A DNA stretch of 53,367 bases from NCBI GenBank assembly GCA_001724265.1, contig MEDY01000059.1:62001-115367 (forward strand). Direction: 5' to 3'. The position numbers and the translations under genes are program-made. The DNA is from Rhizaria sp. SCN 62-66 (taxonomy: Eukaryota). Under the pieces are notes generated by a model. It was not told the DNA's origin. It ran no database searches and saw only the letters and a program-made list of their open reading frames with translations. Shown here piece after piece: positions 1 through 11,600 of this stretch; within the stretch, counting starts at the first letter, position 1, and each line of letters starts with the position of its first letter.

Positions 1-77
1 CACTCATGCAGCGATTCTGTGACCATTTTGCCCTTTCTGTGTCGTCCCCCTTCGTGCGCAGTTTTTTTCCGACCTCT

Positions 78-1088
78 ATGTCTACCCCTGCCACCAAGCG
101 TGTCCTCATTACCGGTGCCGCCGGCCAGATCGGCTACTCGCTCGTTCCCCTTGTTGCCATGGGCAAGGTCTGCGGCGAGAACACCCCCGTCGACCTTGTG
201 CTGTTCGACATCCCCCAGGCGCTGGCGTCCCTCAAGGGCCTGCTGCTCGAGATCGAGGACGGCGCCTACCCGCTCCTCCGCAAGGTCATCGTGACGGACG
301 ACATCTCCGTCGCCTTCGAGGGCGTCCAGGTTGCGCTCATGGTCGGCGGCTTCCCCCGCCTCCCCGGCATGGACCGCAAGGACCTGCTCGCTAAGAACGC
401 GCAGATCTTCGTCGCCGCGGGCAAGGCCCTCAACGAGCACGCCGACAAGAACTGCAAGATCCTCGTCGTCGCCAACCCGGCCAACACCAACTGCTACATC
501 ATGCAGCAGAACGCGCCCTCGATCCCCAAGGAGAACTTCTCCTGCCTGACCCGTCTGGACCACAACCGCGCCGTGTCGCAGGCCGCGATCAAGGCCGGTG
601 TCCCCGCCGCAGCCGTGAAGCGCATCACCATCTGGGGCAACCACTCCAACACCATGGTGCCCGACCTCGACCACGCGTCGATCAACGGCGCGCCCGCCGC
701 CGAGGCCATCGCCGACGCCGCCTGGGTCAAGGACAGCTTCACGCCCACGGTGCAGAACCGCGGTGCGGCCGTGCTGGCCGCGCGCCAGAAGAGTTCCGCC
801 ATGAGCGCGGCCAACGGCGTCGCCAACCACGTCTACGACTGGCTCAACGGCACCGCGGACAAGGACGACTGGGTCTCGATGGGCGTCGTGTCGCAGGGCT
901 GGTATGGCGTGGCCAAGGACATCGTCTTCTCGTTCCCCGTCAAGGTGACGGGCGACGGCAAGTACACCGTCGTCGAGGGCCTTGAGATCAGCGCCGATAT
1001 GCAGGCCGCCATCAAGGCCTCCGAGGCCGAGCTGCTCAAGGAGAAGGCCACCTTCGAGGAGATCCAGGCCGAGGCCAAGCAGGCGTAA
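78..1088 (+). CDS. MDH1: Cytosolic NAD-dependent malate dehydrogenase (MDH type 2 family), 336 aa
   Basis: Motifs ITGAAGQIGYSL (Rossmann fold), GFPRLPGMDRKDLL (both substrate Arg residues), VANPANTN, LTRLDHNRA and IWGNHS. ATG at 78 is preferred over ATG at 6 because 6-77 is pyrimidine-rich, includes an acceptor-like CAG at 59-61 and lacks the coding codon bias. Confidence 0.95.
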   Translation: MSTPATKRVLITGAAGQIGYSLVPLVAMGKVCGENTPVDLVLFDIPQALASLKGLLLEIEDGAYPLLRKVIVTDDISVAFEGVQVALMVGGFPRLPGMDRKDLLAKNAQIFVAAGKALNEHADKNCKILVVANPANTNCYIMQQNAPSIPKENFSCLTRLDHNRAVSQAAIKAGVPAAAVKRITIWGNHSNTMVPDLDHASINGAPAAEAIADAAWVKDSFTPTVQNRGAAVLAARQKSSAMSAANGVANHVYDWLNGTADKDDWVSMGVVSQGWYGVAKDIVFSFPVKVTGDGKYTVVEGLEISADMQAAIKASEAELLKEKATFEEIQAEAKQA

Positions 1089-1796
1089 GCAGACGAAATC
1101 AGTCAGAAGCTGTTGACTTGGCTTAAGAAAAGCTGCAAGCTGCGATCTGACTCGTCTGACAAGATGCTTGTGTTGAAGCGTTTTATTAACATGGAAAGGA
1201 TGGGTTTGGCGATGGTGATGGCGATAGTGAGCTGTTTTTACTGCGCGTGACTCTAAATGATAACAATGAGAACTATTATCTTAGTGAGGACCGGAGGTGC
1301 GGCTCGCAATAACAATAAACGATGATTTCGAATTTTTATAAATTGCCTCAACATATGTCCGCTCATGTCTTATATCATATATGAAATTTACTGTGACCGT
1401 TTTCTCCTTTGACTAGTAAAGCTGATAAAATGTGTACTTTTATTACCGACTCTTCCATGTGCTGGTGGCGAAAAAGCGAGTTGTGGCGGGGTCACCTTCG
1501 ATCCGAGTCGCGGCAGTGCGGAGCGGGAAAAACTATTTTGCACACAAGAGACCTTATCTTTATGCGCACGGATGCTTTTTATTCGGAGTTTCGATTGGAT
1601 TTGTTTATAAAACTTATTTGTCATTCAATCAATAGCGTGCTTTGATTCCGGACGTCTCATCCCGCCACCGCTGCTTTCGCCCTCCCCATTTTAGAGGCAG
1701 CTCTTCACCCCAGTCTCACAACTTGTACTGGACAGAGTCCTAGCTCCCGCGTCCGTACACTTAACCCACACTTGTGCACACACACGCGCGAGAGCC

Positions 1797-3485
1797 ATGT
1801 CGAACCGCAAGGTCCCCACGCCGACGGCGAAGCCTGCCGCCGTCGTCAAGGATGAAGGCGCGGCTGCTGCTTCCGCTGCCGCTCCGGCCTCGTCTGCTTC
1901 CGCACTTGCGCCTACGGCTGCTGGCGCGGACGTGAAGCCGCCTGTGTTCGTGCCCAAGGCGCCGCAGCAGCGCCGCCGCGCGGCCGACGCGACCGAGGCC
2001 GTGCCAGACCTCCTCGCGGGCCCGCAGCAGGCCCGCGCCCGGCCCGTGCGCCCCAAGCCCGAGCGCGAGCGCGCGGCTCCCGCGCCCGTGCAGGTCGCGT
2101 TCCAGGCCGTCGCGCGCGCGCCGATCAACCCCCGCGCGCGCGCGACGGCGCTGTCGGCGGCGGACGCGCTGGCGGCCCGGCAGATGCAGGACGGCCACGC
2201 TGACCACCGCAACGCCGATGGCATGTTCGACTACGCCGACAACGACGTCATGGCCGACGACGACGTCCACGGCACGACCTCTTTGCCGCCCGTGCTGCTG
2301 CCACTGCCCGCGCCCGCGGGGCAGGAGCGCTTCTACGACGGCTACGCGGGGAACGAGCCCGTACCGACGCTGCCGGCTTACCACGACCACTCGCTGCCGC
2401 TCATCGTCGACACCATGCGCGAGCTCGCCATCTCCACGGGGCAGCTCGACCCCGACGCCGCCGCCGCCACGCCCGGCGCCAGAGTCAGAGCGGCGGCCGC
2501 CGCCGCTGCCGCCGCCGCCGCGGCCGCGGGGGTCAAGGCCGAGGACGGTGTCAAGCTCGAGAGAGGCGCTAGACACGCCTCCGCATCCGCCGCCGCCGCC
2601 GCCGCCGCTGCGGGTGCCACGCCGGGCTTCGCAGAGCGCGTGCGCGAGCTGGAAGGCCTGCAGTCGTTCCAGGACCCGCTGCCGTGGTTCAACAACGCCA
2701 ACGCGAGCGGTAGCAGTTCGTCCTCCGCCTCCGCGTCCTCAGCCGCGGCGCCGCAGCCGTCGTCTGCCTACGCCGACGGCTCCGAGGCTGCGTCCGCGAC
2801 GGCGGCCAACGACCGCGCGCGCGACCGCGGCGAGCTGCTGCTGGTGCAGCTGCCCTCGCACCTGCCGCTGTACCCGCCCTCGGTCGAGGCAGCCATCCAC
2901 GCGCGCGCCATGGGCGCGCCCTCGGCCGCCGCCGCGGCCGCGGCCGCGGCCGCGGCCGCCGCCGGGCTCGCGTCTACGCTCTCGGGCAGCGGTGTGCACG
3001 CCGTCTCGGCTTCGGCTGCCTCGGCCGCCGCCGCCGCCGCCGCCTCGCGCTCGGGCGCGGGCGCCACATACGCCTCCGCGACGATGGGCGCGGCCAACGC
3101 GGGCGGCGACGAGTGGGAGGCGTCGCTGTCGCATGACGTGCCCATGGTCGTCGACGACACCACGGTCAAGGCGTCGATGACGGCGGCTGCGCTGGCGCAC
3201 GAGTACAAGGTCTTCTCCGTGCAGGGCGAGAACAACATCAAGAATGTGCCCGCGGGCCGCGTAGGCGAGATCGTCGTCTACAAGTCAGGCAAGATGAAGC
3301 TGCGCCTCGGCGACACGCTCTTTAACCTCAACGCTGGCGTCGCGCAGACGTGTCTGGAGGAGCTGGTCTCCATCTCGGGCAACGACCGCGGCGGCAACGA
3401 CCTGCACAAGCTGGGCCAAGTCGACAAGCATCTCGTGTGCTCGCTCGACGTGGACTCGCTCATGACCCGCATCAAGAACGAGTGA
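1797..3485 (+). CDS. POLR3D: DNA-directed RNA polymerase III subunit RPC4 (C53), 562 aa
   Basis: C-terminal RPC4 signature LLLVQLPSHLP...PAGRVGEIVVYKSGKMKLRLGDTLFNLNAG...LGQVDKHLVCSLDVDSL. The N-terminal part is low-complexity and Ala-rich. Confidence 0.85.
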   Translation: MSNRKVPTPTAKPAAVVKDEGAAAASAAAPASSASALAPTAAGADVKPPVFVPKAPQQRRRAADATEAVPDLLAGPQQARARPVRPKPERERAAPAPVQVAFQAVARAPINPRARATALSAADALAARQMQDGHADHRNADGMFDYADNDVMADDDVHGTTSLPPVLLPLPAPAGQERFYDGYAGNEPVPTLPAYHDHSLPLIVDTMRELAISTGQLDPDAAAATPGARVRAAAAAAAAAAAAAGVKAEDGVKLERGARHASASAAAAAAAAGATPGFAERVRELEGLQSFQDPLPWFNNANASGSSSSSASASSAAAPQPSSAYADGSEAASATAANDRARDRGELLLVQLPSHLPLYPPSVEAAIHARAMGAPSAAAAAAAAAAAAAGLASTLSGSGVHAVSASAASAAAAAAASRSGAGATYASATMGAANAGGDEWEASLSHDVPMVVDDTTVKASMTAAALAHEYKVFSVQGENNIKNVPAGRVGEIVVYKSGKMKLRLGDTLFNLNAGVAQTCLEELVSISGNDRGGNDLHKLGQVDKHLVCSLDVDSLMTRIKNE

Positions 3486-3955
3486 GCTCACAGACAACAG
3501 CGCGTGATGGCGTTTGTTTGAGTTGCTAGGGCTTTGTGTTGTGGACGAGGGATACTTATCAAAATCTAGTTTAGCTTCGCTGCGTAGGGTCAGGAGATCC
3601 GACGTATTGTTTCATGTTCGAAGTTATTGTAATATAAATTTACATTATTACACTTGTTGATACATAATATTCATATAAAAAACATTTTTCTGTTTAAATT
3701 CGAAATCTATTTTTAGTTTGAGGTTCTTTGTCAAAAGTATTTTTGTCTTGAAATTAATTGATCGCCCGAAGTTGACTTTGCAGCAAGTGGCAGGGGACAT
3801 TTTAAGTGATAGGAGTACGTATAATTCACACACAAATTTCGTTTTTCTATATTGTAACACGTGAAAACAGCCCCATATAGCTACAAAAACATATTCCAAG
3901 CAACGTTAATGATAATTCATTGTGTATTTCGTTGGGGTGTCTGTCTCAGCTGAGG

Positions 3956-6900
3956 TTAATCGGTGACAATCGCACTGCAAAGTGTGATCTGTGCGGCGAC
4001 GAGCAGGTGGTCCGACCCGCGCTTCAGGTTGGGCAATCCGATCTCCTCGGCAACCTCTTCCACACTGGGCAGCGGCTTCAGCGACTCCACGCGCACCCAC
4101 GCTGCAGCAGCATCAGAGGCGCTGGCTGCGGCGCGCCACAGCGGATGCACGACGGGCGCGGCCGAGTAGAAGATGTAGTCGAGCGTGCCGGACCAGGGCC
4201 CCGAGGCCGTGAGCTGGGGTTTGTCGAAACGCGCCGCCCAGGGGCTGTGCGCGCGCGCCCACTCGCCGCTCGCGGGCGACAGCGCTGCGGCCTCGGGGCG
4301 CGGCGGCAGCGGGCCGTAGCCGGCTACGCGGGCGCTCACTTGCTGCTGCTGCTCCTGCGGCCTCTGCTGCTGCTGCTCACGGGCGTACCCGGTGTGCGCG
4401 TGTGACGCGTCGACAGCCTCCATGCGCGTCAGAACGCGCGAGATTGCGCTCGCAGCCGAACGTACAGCATCGGTGGCGTTACAGGTGCTTTCGTTGCAGT
4501 CCAGCACAGCGAGGTCGGTGCGCGCTGCAGCAACGGCGGCTGCGGCGGCTGCATTAGCGGCGCGCGCCGCGGCCTCCGCGTCCGCGCGCGGGTTCTGCTG
4601 CGGCTGCATCGGGGTGGCGACGGGGAGCGCGGGATAGCTCTCGAAGGCAGAGCGGTACCGCGGCAGCGCCACAGGCACCGCCGCCGCCGAGCCCGCGGCC
4701 GCGGAGTCGGTGGCCGAGGACGCGAATGCCAGACCCAGCAGCGCGGCGTCGCAGAGGCGCTGCGTGACGGGGGCCGCGTACGCGGTGACGAGCCGGCGCA
4801 CGCGCGCGTCGTTCTCCAGGACCGCACCGCAGGCGGCGAAGACGGCCTCGCGCGCGGCGGCGAGTGCGGCCGCGGCGGCGGCCACGGCCGCGGGGTCGCG
4901 CACGTCGCTGCACCGCACCGCGGCCGCGGCGGCCATCGCGCGCGCCAAAGCCTCACAGCCGTTGCCGCTGCCGTCGGCGGCGGTGGCGTTGAGCGACGCC
5001 GTCCAGAGCACGGCGGCGGCGGAGGCCTCCTGGTGCGCCCACTGGCCTGCGAGCGCCAGCACCGTGCTGAACGGCGACACAGGCACCGCGGCCGCGGGGT
5101 CGACGCCGTTGAACGCGCTCTCGAACGCCGCGACGGGCTCGCTCGCCACAAGGGGCACAGCCGCGGACGCGGTAGCCGCGGCCAGCGGAGCCGACGCTGC
5201 GTTGCTGTAACCAGCAGTGACTGTGGGCAGGTAGTTCAGCAGCAGCGGCCCGGCGGCGGGGCCGAGGCGCAGCAGTGCCAGCAGCCCCGCCAGCGCGTCC
5301 GGCGCGCACAGCGCATGCAACAGCAGCACGGCGCGCGCGGCTTCGGCCGTCACGGGCAGCGCCGCGGGGCCGAAGCACTCGGCGCCGCGCGCAAGGCCCG
5401 CGGGCCGCGGCAGCGTTGCGGCGGCCGACAGCGCCGCGCCCGTCGCGGCGAGCGCGGCGGCTGCGGCGGGCTGGCCGCCAAGCGCGGCGGCGAGCCGGGC
5501 CTCGGCGTGCGCGGCGGCGGCGGCCACGGCGGCGGGCGCGGGCGCGAGCGCCGAGTAGCAGTGGAGCGCGGTTGCGAGCAGCGCCAGCGCGGCCGAGACC
5601 GTCGCCGCCGCCGTCGCGGGCGCGGGCAGCGACATGATGATTGCAGGCGCGGGCCGCGGACACGTGGCGAGACTCAGCGGCGTCGCGATGCGGGCCCACA
5701 TGGCGGGGCCGTCCTGCGGCGCAGTCTCTGTCGCAGTAGCGGCGTCGTCAGCGAGGGCCTCGTTCTCGGTCGCGGACCCGTCGGCAGCAGCATCAGCAGG
5801 AGACTCAGCCGCCGTCGCGTCGGAGGCGCCAGCAGCGGCAGCGGCCTCGACAGCTTTAGCAGCGGCCTTAGCAGCCTTGGCGGCAGCGCGCTCCGCCATC
5901 GCAGCCGCTGCGGCACGTGCGGCCTGAGCCTTGGCCTGCGCGGCGGCCTCGACGGCGGCAAAGGCGGGCAGCGCGGGCGGGATCATGGCGTCCAGCACGC
6001 GCACGAGCCCGTCTAAGGGGGTGCTTACACCGAGGCTGCAGTCCGCGGCCGCGCGCACGTACGCTACGTCAGCCTCGGCAACTGCCGCAGCAGCCGCAGC
6101 CGCAGCAGCTTTGTCGTCTTCATCGTCGTCGTCGTCATCGCCGTCCTCGTCGTTGGCGACGTGCGAGCCCTCAGCCCAGGTCTTGAGCCCCATGAGGTAC
6201 TCCTGCTGAAGCATGGCCACCGCCTCCGAGCACAGGTCCGAGGCGCCCGAGGCACTCGCCGCCGCGGTCGCCGTGATGTACGCCAGCGACGCCAGCGGGC
6301 TCGCCAACGCGGACGCGGGCGACACGGGGAACTGCACCGTCACGGACTTGGTGCTGTCACTTTGCGATTGCGAGGGGTGAGACAGAGCGACAAGCTGGGT
6401 GACGTAGGGCCCGTCCGGCGACGCCAGAGAGCGCTTAAACGCCTCCACAGTCTCCGCATCGCACTGCGTACTGGCGCTGGCGTTGGCTGTGATGGCGGTG
6501 AGTGCGGCGAGCGGCCGCGCTAGCCACTGGGGCGCCGTCTCTGCGCACTGCGCGAAGGACCCCGCGTCGCAGCCGTTGGTGTCTCCGCGTGCGACGGGCC
6601 GCGGCAGCGCGTCGGCCTCGGCCTTGCGGCCGCGCGCGAGCAGCCAGTCGCGGCGCTCGAAGTACTGGGCCACGGCGTACGAGTCCTTGGCCGAGGCGGC
6701 GCCCGCGGCGAGCGGCAGCGGCGGCAGCAGCAGCCGGTGCTTGAGCAGCGAGTAGCCCAGCGTCGTCGGCGTCACGTTGAAGTCGCCGCACGTAAAGTGG
6801 AACGGCAGCAGCGGCACCGCGTCTCCAGCACAGTCAGCACCGATCGACGCAGACGCAGTGCCGTCACCGGCAGGGGCGGCGCTGGCCCAGACGGAACGGG

Positions 6901-7730
6901 AGACTGCGCGGGGCAGCGCGTGCGCAAAGGCGGCCATGGAGGAGAGCAGCGCATGGATCTGGCGCGTCTTGAGCCAGTTGGCCATGTGCCGCCAGTTCAG
7001 GTGCGTGTTCGAGAGCAGGACCACCGGTGCCACTGGAGAGCCTTCACTTTCTGACTGCGACTGCAACTGTGATGGAGGCTGCGACGGCGACAGAGTGCGG
7101 AGGCGGTGCGGGCCCTTGACGCGCAGTGCGGCAAGCAGCGCAACGTTTTCGGACCCCAGCGAGGAGGCCTCGCTGTGCGAGCGTGATACCGTGGCGAGGG
7201 ACTCGTAGAATACGGTTTTGACGGCGATGGGCTCGAACACGTCGGTCTTGTACGCGATGGCGAGACCGTGGATCGGGGCCTCAGGCTTCGACGTAAAGAG
7301 CACGCGGTAGCCAGCCGCGGAGAGCGCGGAGTGCCATGAGTCCTTGGCCGCGGGGTCAACGGTGCCGCAGTCGACCTCTTGCATGCACAGGACGTCGAGG
7401 TCCATCGCAAGAACCTACCAAAAGAGTCACGCCAAGAAGGAAGATATGAGAGAAGACACGACCATACCAACGTATGAAGATTATCCTGTCTCCGAGTAGT
7501 TTATTATTACAGTTTCTCTTCTTGCAACAATGATTTGAATGAGGTATGCGACTGGGGAAACGTACCTCGGTGAGGAGCAGCTTGAGCCGATCCTTGCGCT
7601 TGAGGGCTTTGTCACAAGCGTAAGGGAACATGGTCCGCCGGACCAGGCCTTGCGCGAGAATGTTGTAGGTACCAATTGTAAGCGTACCAAGCGCTTTGGC
7701 CGCGTTGCGCCATTCAGGCAGCGTGCTCAT
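3956..7730 (-). CDS. EEP-superfamily CCR4/nocturnin/Angel (Ngl-like) nuclease/phosphatase; exons 7730-7566 and 7414-3956, ~1207 aa
   Basis: Exon 1 encodes TYNILAQGLVRRTMFPY (Ngl/Angel-like). Exon 2 encodes DVLCMQEVD, GLAIAYK, NTHLNW, GDFN, TLDYIFY and GSDH. The exons join in phase 0 (…LLLTE|VLAMDLDVLC…). No LRR region is visible, so it is not CCR4 proper. Confidence 0.88.
7415..7565 (-). other. Spliceosomal intron (151 nt)
   Basis: GAG|GTACGT donor and pyrimidine-rich …TTGGTAG|GTT acceptor; AT-rich; removal joins two halves of the EEP domain in frame. Confidence 0.9.
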
Positions 7731-8678
7731 GACGGTCGCGCACTCCTTGGAGAGAGGCAAGGAGCGTGTGTGGTGGAGATGAGGAACGAACAAAGATATG
7801 TCACAAGAACAGCGAGACGAAAAGTATAATTTCGGGAAAATAGTATTTGCACACTCAATAACCTCACACACAGCAACTAATTTGCTCAGACGATCATTTC
7901 CTTGCGCCCGCCCTTCGGTTTGAATCGAGGCTGCAGCCAGGTGTCGAATGTGGATGTCGAGCCGATGCGCGTTTGTGGTGATGGTCAAATTTGGCGGATC
8001 ATAAGCTAATGTTCAGCACGCATGTACATGATGCTCTTGTTCTTGAAATTTCACATAGTTTTATTTTTGGAGGTGTAATTTCTAACACTCAAGATCGCCA
8101 TTATCGATCAGAAATCTTGTGTGATATAGTTGAATACCGTGTTTCAAGTGGGAATATGATAGCCGACGAAAGAAAAAAATTAACCTTCAAGTAGAATAAC
8201 ACCTATTTCATTTTGAAATAGTGTTAACCTTTGCAGAAATTGTTGTTATGCCACTTTTCTTGCGTCATCAGAGACGTGGAGTGGCGATGACTGACTGTGG
8301 GTTCCGGCAAGGCATTTCCCAACTCGAGACCTAAGGCCATTTTTTCAAGGCATACTACGTTCGTATCGTTGGTCATTATCGAAAAGTATTGGCGGATTTG
8401 ACTAGAAACCCAACTTGAGAGTAGTATATTTATTCCATTCTTCTATGCGCAACCAATTAGTTCATAATCCGCTTTGTTTGTGTTCCTTTCTATATCTTTC
8501 TTTGCAGAACTTCACCCCTTCGCGCACACGGCCGCCGGAGTCCCAACCGATAGCTCTTCGATCAGCCACTCTTCACCGTGCGTACACGGCTTCTCCGCTG
8601 CCGGTTTCCTTCCCGCGCTGCCTCTAGCCCTCCTCCGTGCCCCGCTCCGCACCTCCGCCTCCCGCTCTTGCTGGCGCT

Positions 8679-11600
8679 ATGTCAGCGAGTACTGCCATGG
8701 AGGTTCTCAAGTGTGACGACGTCAATGACGCCGACAACGCCATGGTACGTACCCTCCCCTATTATTTACACCACACTCTCTGCTATTATGTCATTTGCAC
8801 ATGTTTCTGCCGCTTTCTGCATCGTCTAAACCCGTTCTTATCCTCACTCCCAACCCTGCTTGTTTCGCCCCCTCTGCTCCATCGTTCCCGCGCGCGTGCT
8901 CCCTCTCGGCGCTTTTCACTCCCACAGAGCCTTCTGTCCCCGGTTGCGCCCCCGCGGCCAATCCACGCCGACAACCCGAACCCGTTCAACGCACCCAAGG
9001 CGACGCTGATGACGATGTTCCGTCGGCCCTCCGCGCACAATTCGGCCGCGCCGACCCCAGGCTCGGTGCCATCGCTGGCCTCGCTCTCGCTCGATGCCTT
9101 CTCCCCCGGTGCGCTCGCCAGCCCCGCCGGCGCGGCTGACACCGGGGCCGCTCACGGTGCGGACGCGGACGACGCCCACTCGCCGATGACGGACAGCGGG
9201 CTGGTGGTGCCCGTGACATCGCTGTCTTTCGCGGGTATCGTCGACGCCGCCACTCAGCAGCACCGCGGCTTCGCGCTCCCGATGGGCCAGCAGGAGCACC
9301 CGCGCTCCAGGTTCCTCGATTTTGAGGTTATGGACACAGGCCGCAAGCGCTCCGGCTCCAACGCCACGCCTGTGCGCCGCAAGAAGAAGTCCGGAACAGC
9401 CTCGGCCGCTGGCTCGCCCTCGATGGGGCCCAACTCGCCCGCCGTGGCACCCGCGCTAACGCCCGCGCTCGGCCCCGCCGCCGCCTCGGGCTCCCCCGCC
9501 GTCGGCGCGGGCGCGGGCGCAGGCATCCCCGCGCCGCTGCCCGGCATGGTCTCGCCTGTGTCGTCGCGCCATCTGCGCCGCACGCAACCCCCAGCCACGC
9601 CCGCGGCCTGCAACGGCGCCGACGGCACTCCGGCGGGGGCTGCGGCGGCCGCAGGGACGCCCGTGACGGGCCCGGCAGGGCACGCACACGCACTGGGCCA
9701 CCCCGGCCCCCACGGCGGGCTCTCTCTCATCTCTGCCTCGTCGTCCTCCTCATCCTCGTCCGCGTCATCGTCGTCGGCGTCGGCGTCGGCGTCGGCGTCG
9801 GTGCTGGCGCCTGGGTCGCCGCTGTTCGCGCCCAACACGGGCCGCACCCTCTTCGCGTCCCAGCCCGGCGTCGCGCCCGCCACGCCTTCGTCTTCGTCCG
9901 CCGCCGCCGGCGCCTCGGGCACCCCGCGCGCCTTCGGCTCCGGCCTGGGGCTGGGGCTCGGACTGGGCCCCGGGTTGGGCCTCGCGCCCGCGACGCCCTC
10001 GCGCTCTGCCTCGGGCGCGCTGCCCGGCCCCGGCGCCGGTGCGGGCGCGCCCGGGACCCCGCTTGCGGCGCCGTTGGCGGGGCTCGCAGGCAACAGCAGC
10101 TTCAGTCTGCTGCCGCTGTCGGCCGCCGCCTCGGCCTCCGCCGCTGGCTCCAGCGGCGGCTCGGGCCCATCGTCCACGGCTTCCTCGGCCTCGTTTCCCG
10201 CGCCCGGCCACGGCCACGGCCACGGGTCCGCTCACGGGCACCCTGCGGCCCCTGTGTCGCTGCTCTCGGGCTCCGGCGCCGGCCACGGCGCCGGGCTGTC
10301 CGTCATCGTGGGCTCGCCCGCACAGGGCCCGCGCGTCGCCGCCGCCGCGCCCGGGACGCCCCAGTCCGCCGGCCCCGGCCTCGGCCTCCAGGCGCCGCCC
10401 TCGGCCCCCGCCACGCCCTCCTCCAGCAGCAGCAGCGCCGCTGCGGCCGCCGGCGCCGCGGCGAGCGGCGGCGAGACGCCGACAATGGGCGCGAGCGCTG
10501 CGGGCGCGGGCGGCGGGCTGCTGTCGCCGACCAGCGGCCGCTCGCGCCGCGCCAAGAGCATCTCGCGCTCCTCCATCACGGCCGTGCCCGCGGCCGCGAC
10601 GGCGGCGGCCGCGGCGGCGGGCTACGTCGCCGCCACGGGCATGACGCCGCCCGACGCGGGCGCGCCCGTGCCGCTGCCGCTGCCGCTGCCGCTGCCGCTA
10701 CCGCTCGCCAGCGGCTCCGGCTCTACACAGCTTTCTTTCACGCTCGAGTCCTCGCCCCCGCACGCGCCCGCGCAGGCGCAAGCACATACGCCCTCGGCGG
10801 CCGCGCGCACTCTGTCCGCCGCCGGCGGGGCCGGGACTGCCGCCGCGCTCGGGGGTGGTCTCGCGGGTTCGCCCATCGTCGGCGCCAAGCCCGCCGCGGC
10901 CGGCGCGCTCGCCGCGACATCCGCGGCAGGCGCAGGGCTCGGCCACGCCAGCTCGCCCTCGTCGTCCTTCGCGGCCGCGGCGCTGCCAGCCTCGGCGTCG
11001 GCGTCGGCGTCGACGTCGCTCCCGGCGCCCGCGCCCGTTACCGCGCCCCCCAGCTCCAGCGCCGGCGGCAGCGGCAGCTCGGGCCCGTCGGCGGCCACGT
11101 CGTCGGCGTCGTTTGTGCTGGGCGGCGTCGCCGTCGGGAACGGCAACAACAACAACGCGAGCAGTGCGAACGCTGCCGGCGCGGCAGCGGGCGCCGGCTC
11201 CCAGCCGCAGCACCCGCCGCTGCCGCCCGCGCCGCCGCGGCCGCCGGGCTTTGAGCCGTGCGTGGCCGCGACCACGGTCTCGGCGATCCCGATCACCGAT
11301 TCTGGCGTGTCGCAGCGGCGCTCGCTCTACACGACGACGGTGGAGCCGCACTCGTCGCTCGACTCGCTTAAGACGGCACTGGCGACCGCGCCGCCTGGCT
11401 CGCCACTGCCTTTCTCGCTCAACGCCACCGTGCCGGCCGACGTGCGCTGGGAGGGCACGCTGCGCCGCGCGTCGCGCCAGCTGCGCCGCGTGCAGGTCGT
11501 GCGCTTCGCGCTGCCGCCGTCGCCGACGCGCGTGACCAGCAAGGTGCCTACTTTCGCGCCGTCGTACGCCTACGCCAACCCGGGCACCGACGCGCGCGAC

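Noticed and set aside
6-77. N-terminal targeting peptide on MDH from ATG 6
   Set aside because: The segment looks like a pyrimidine tract with a CAG acceptor, and the family starts near ATG 78. Not fully excluded without transcripts.
343-390. MDH converted to lactate dehydrogenase (as in trichomonads)
   Set aside because: The specificity Arg in GFPR and the second Arg in MDRKDLL are both retained.
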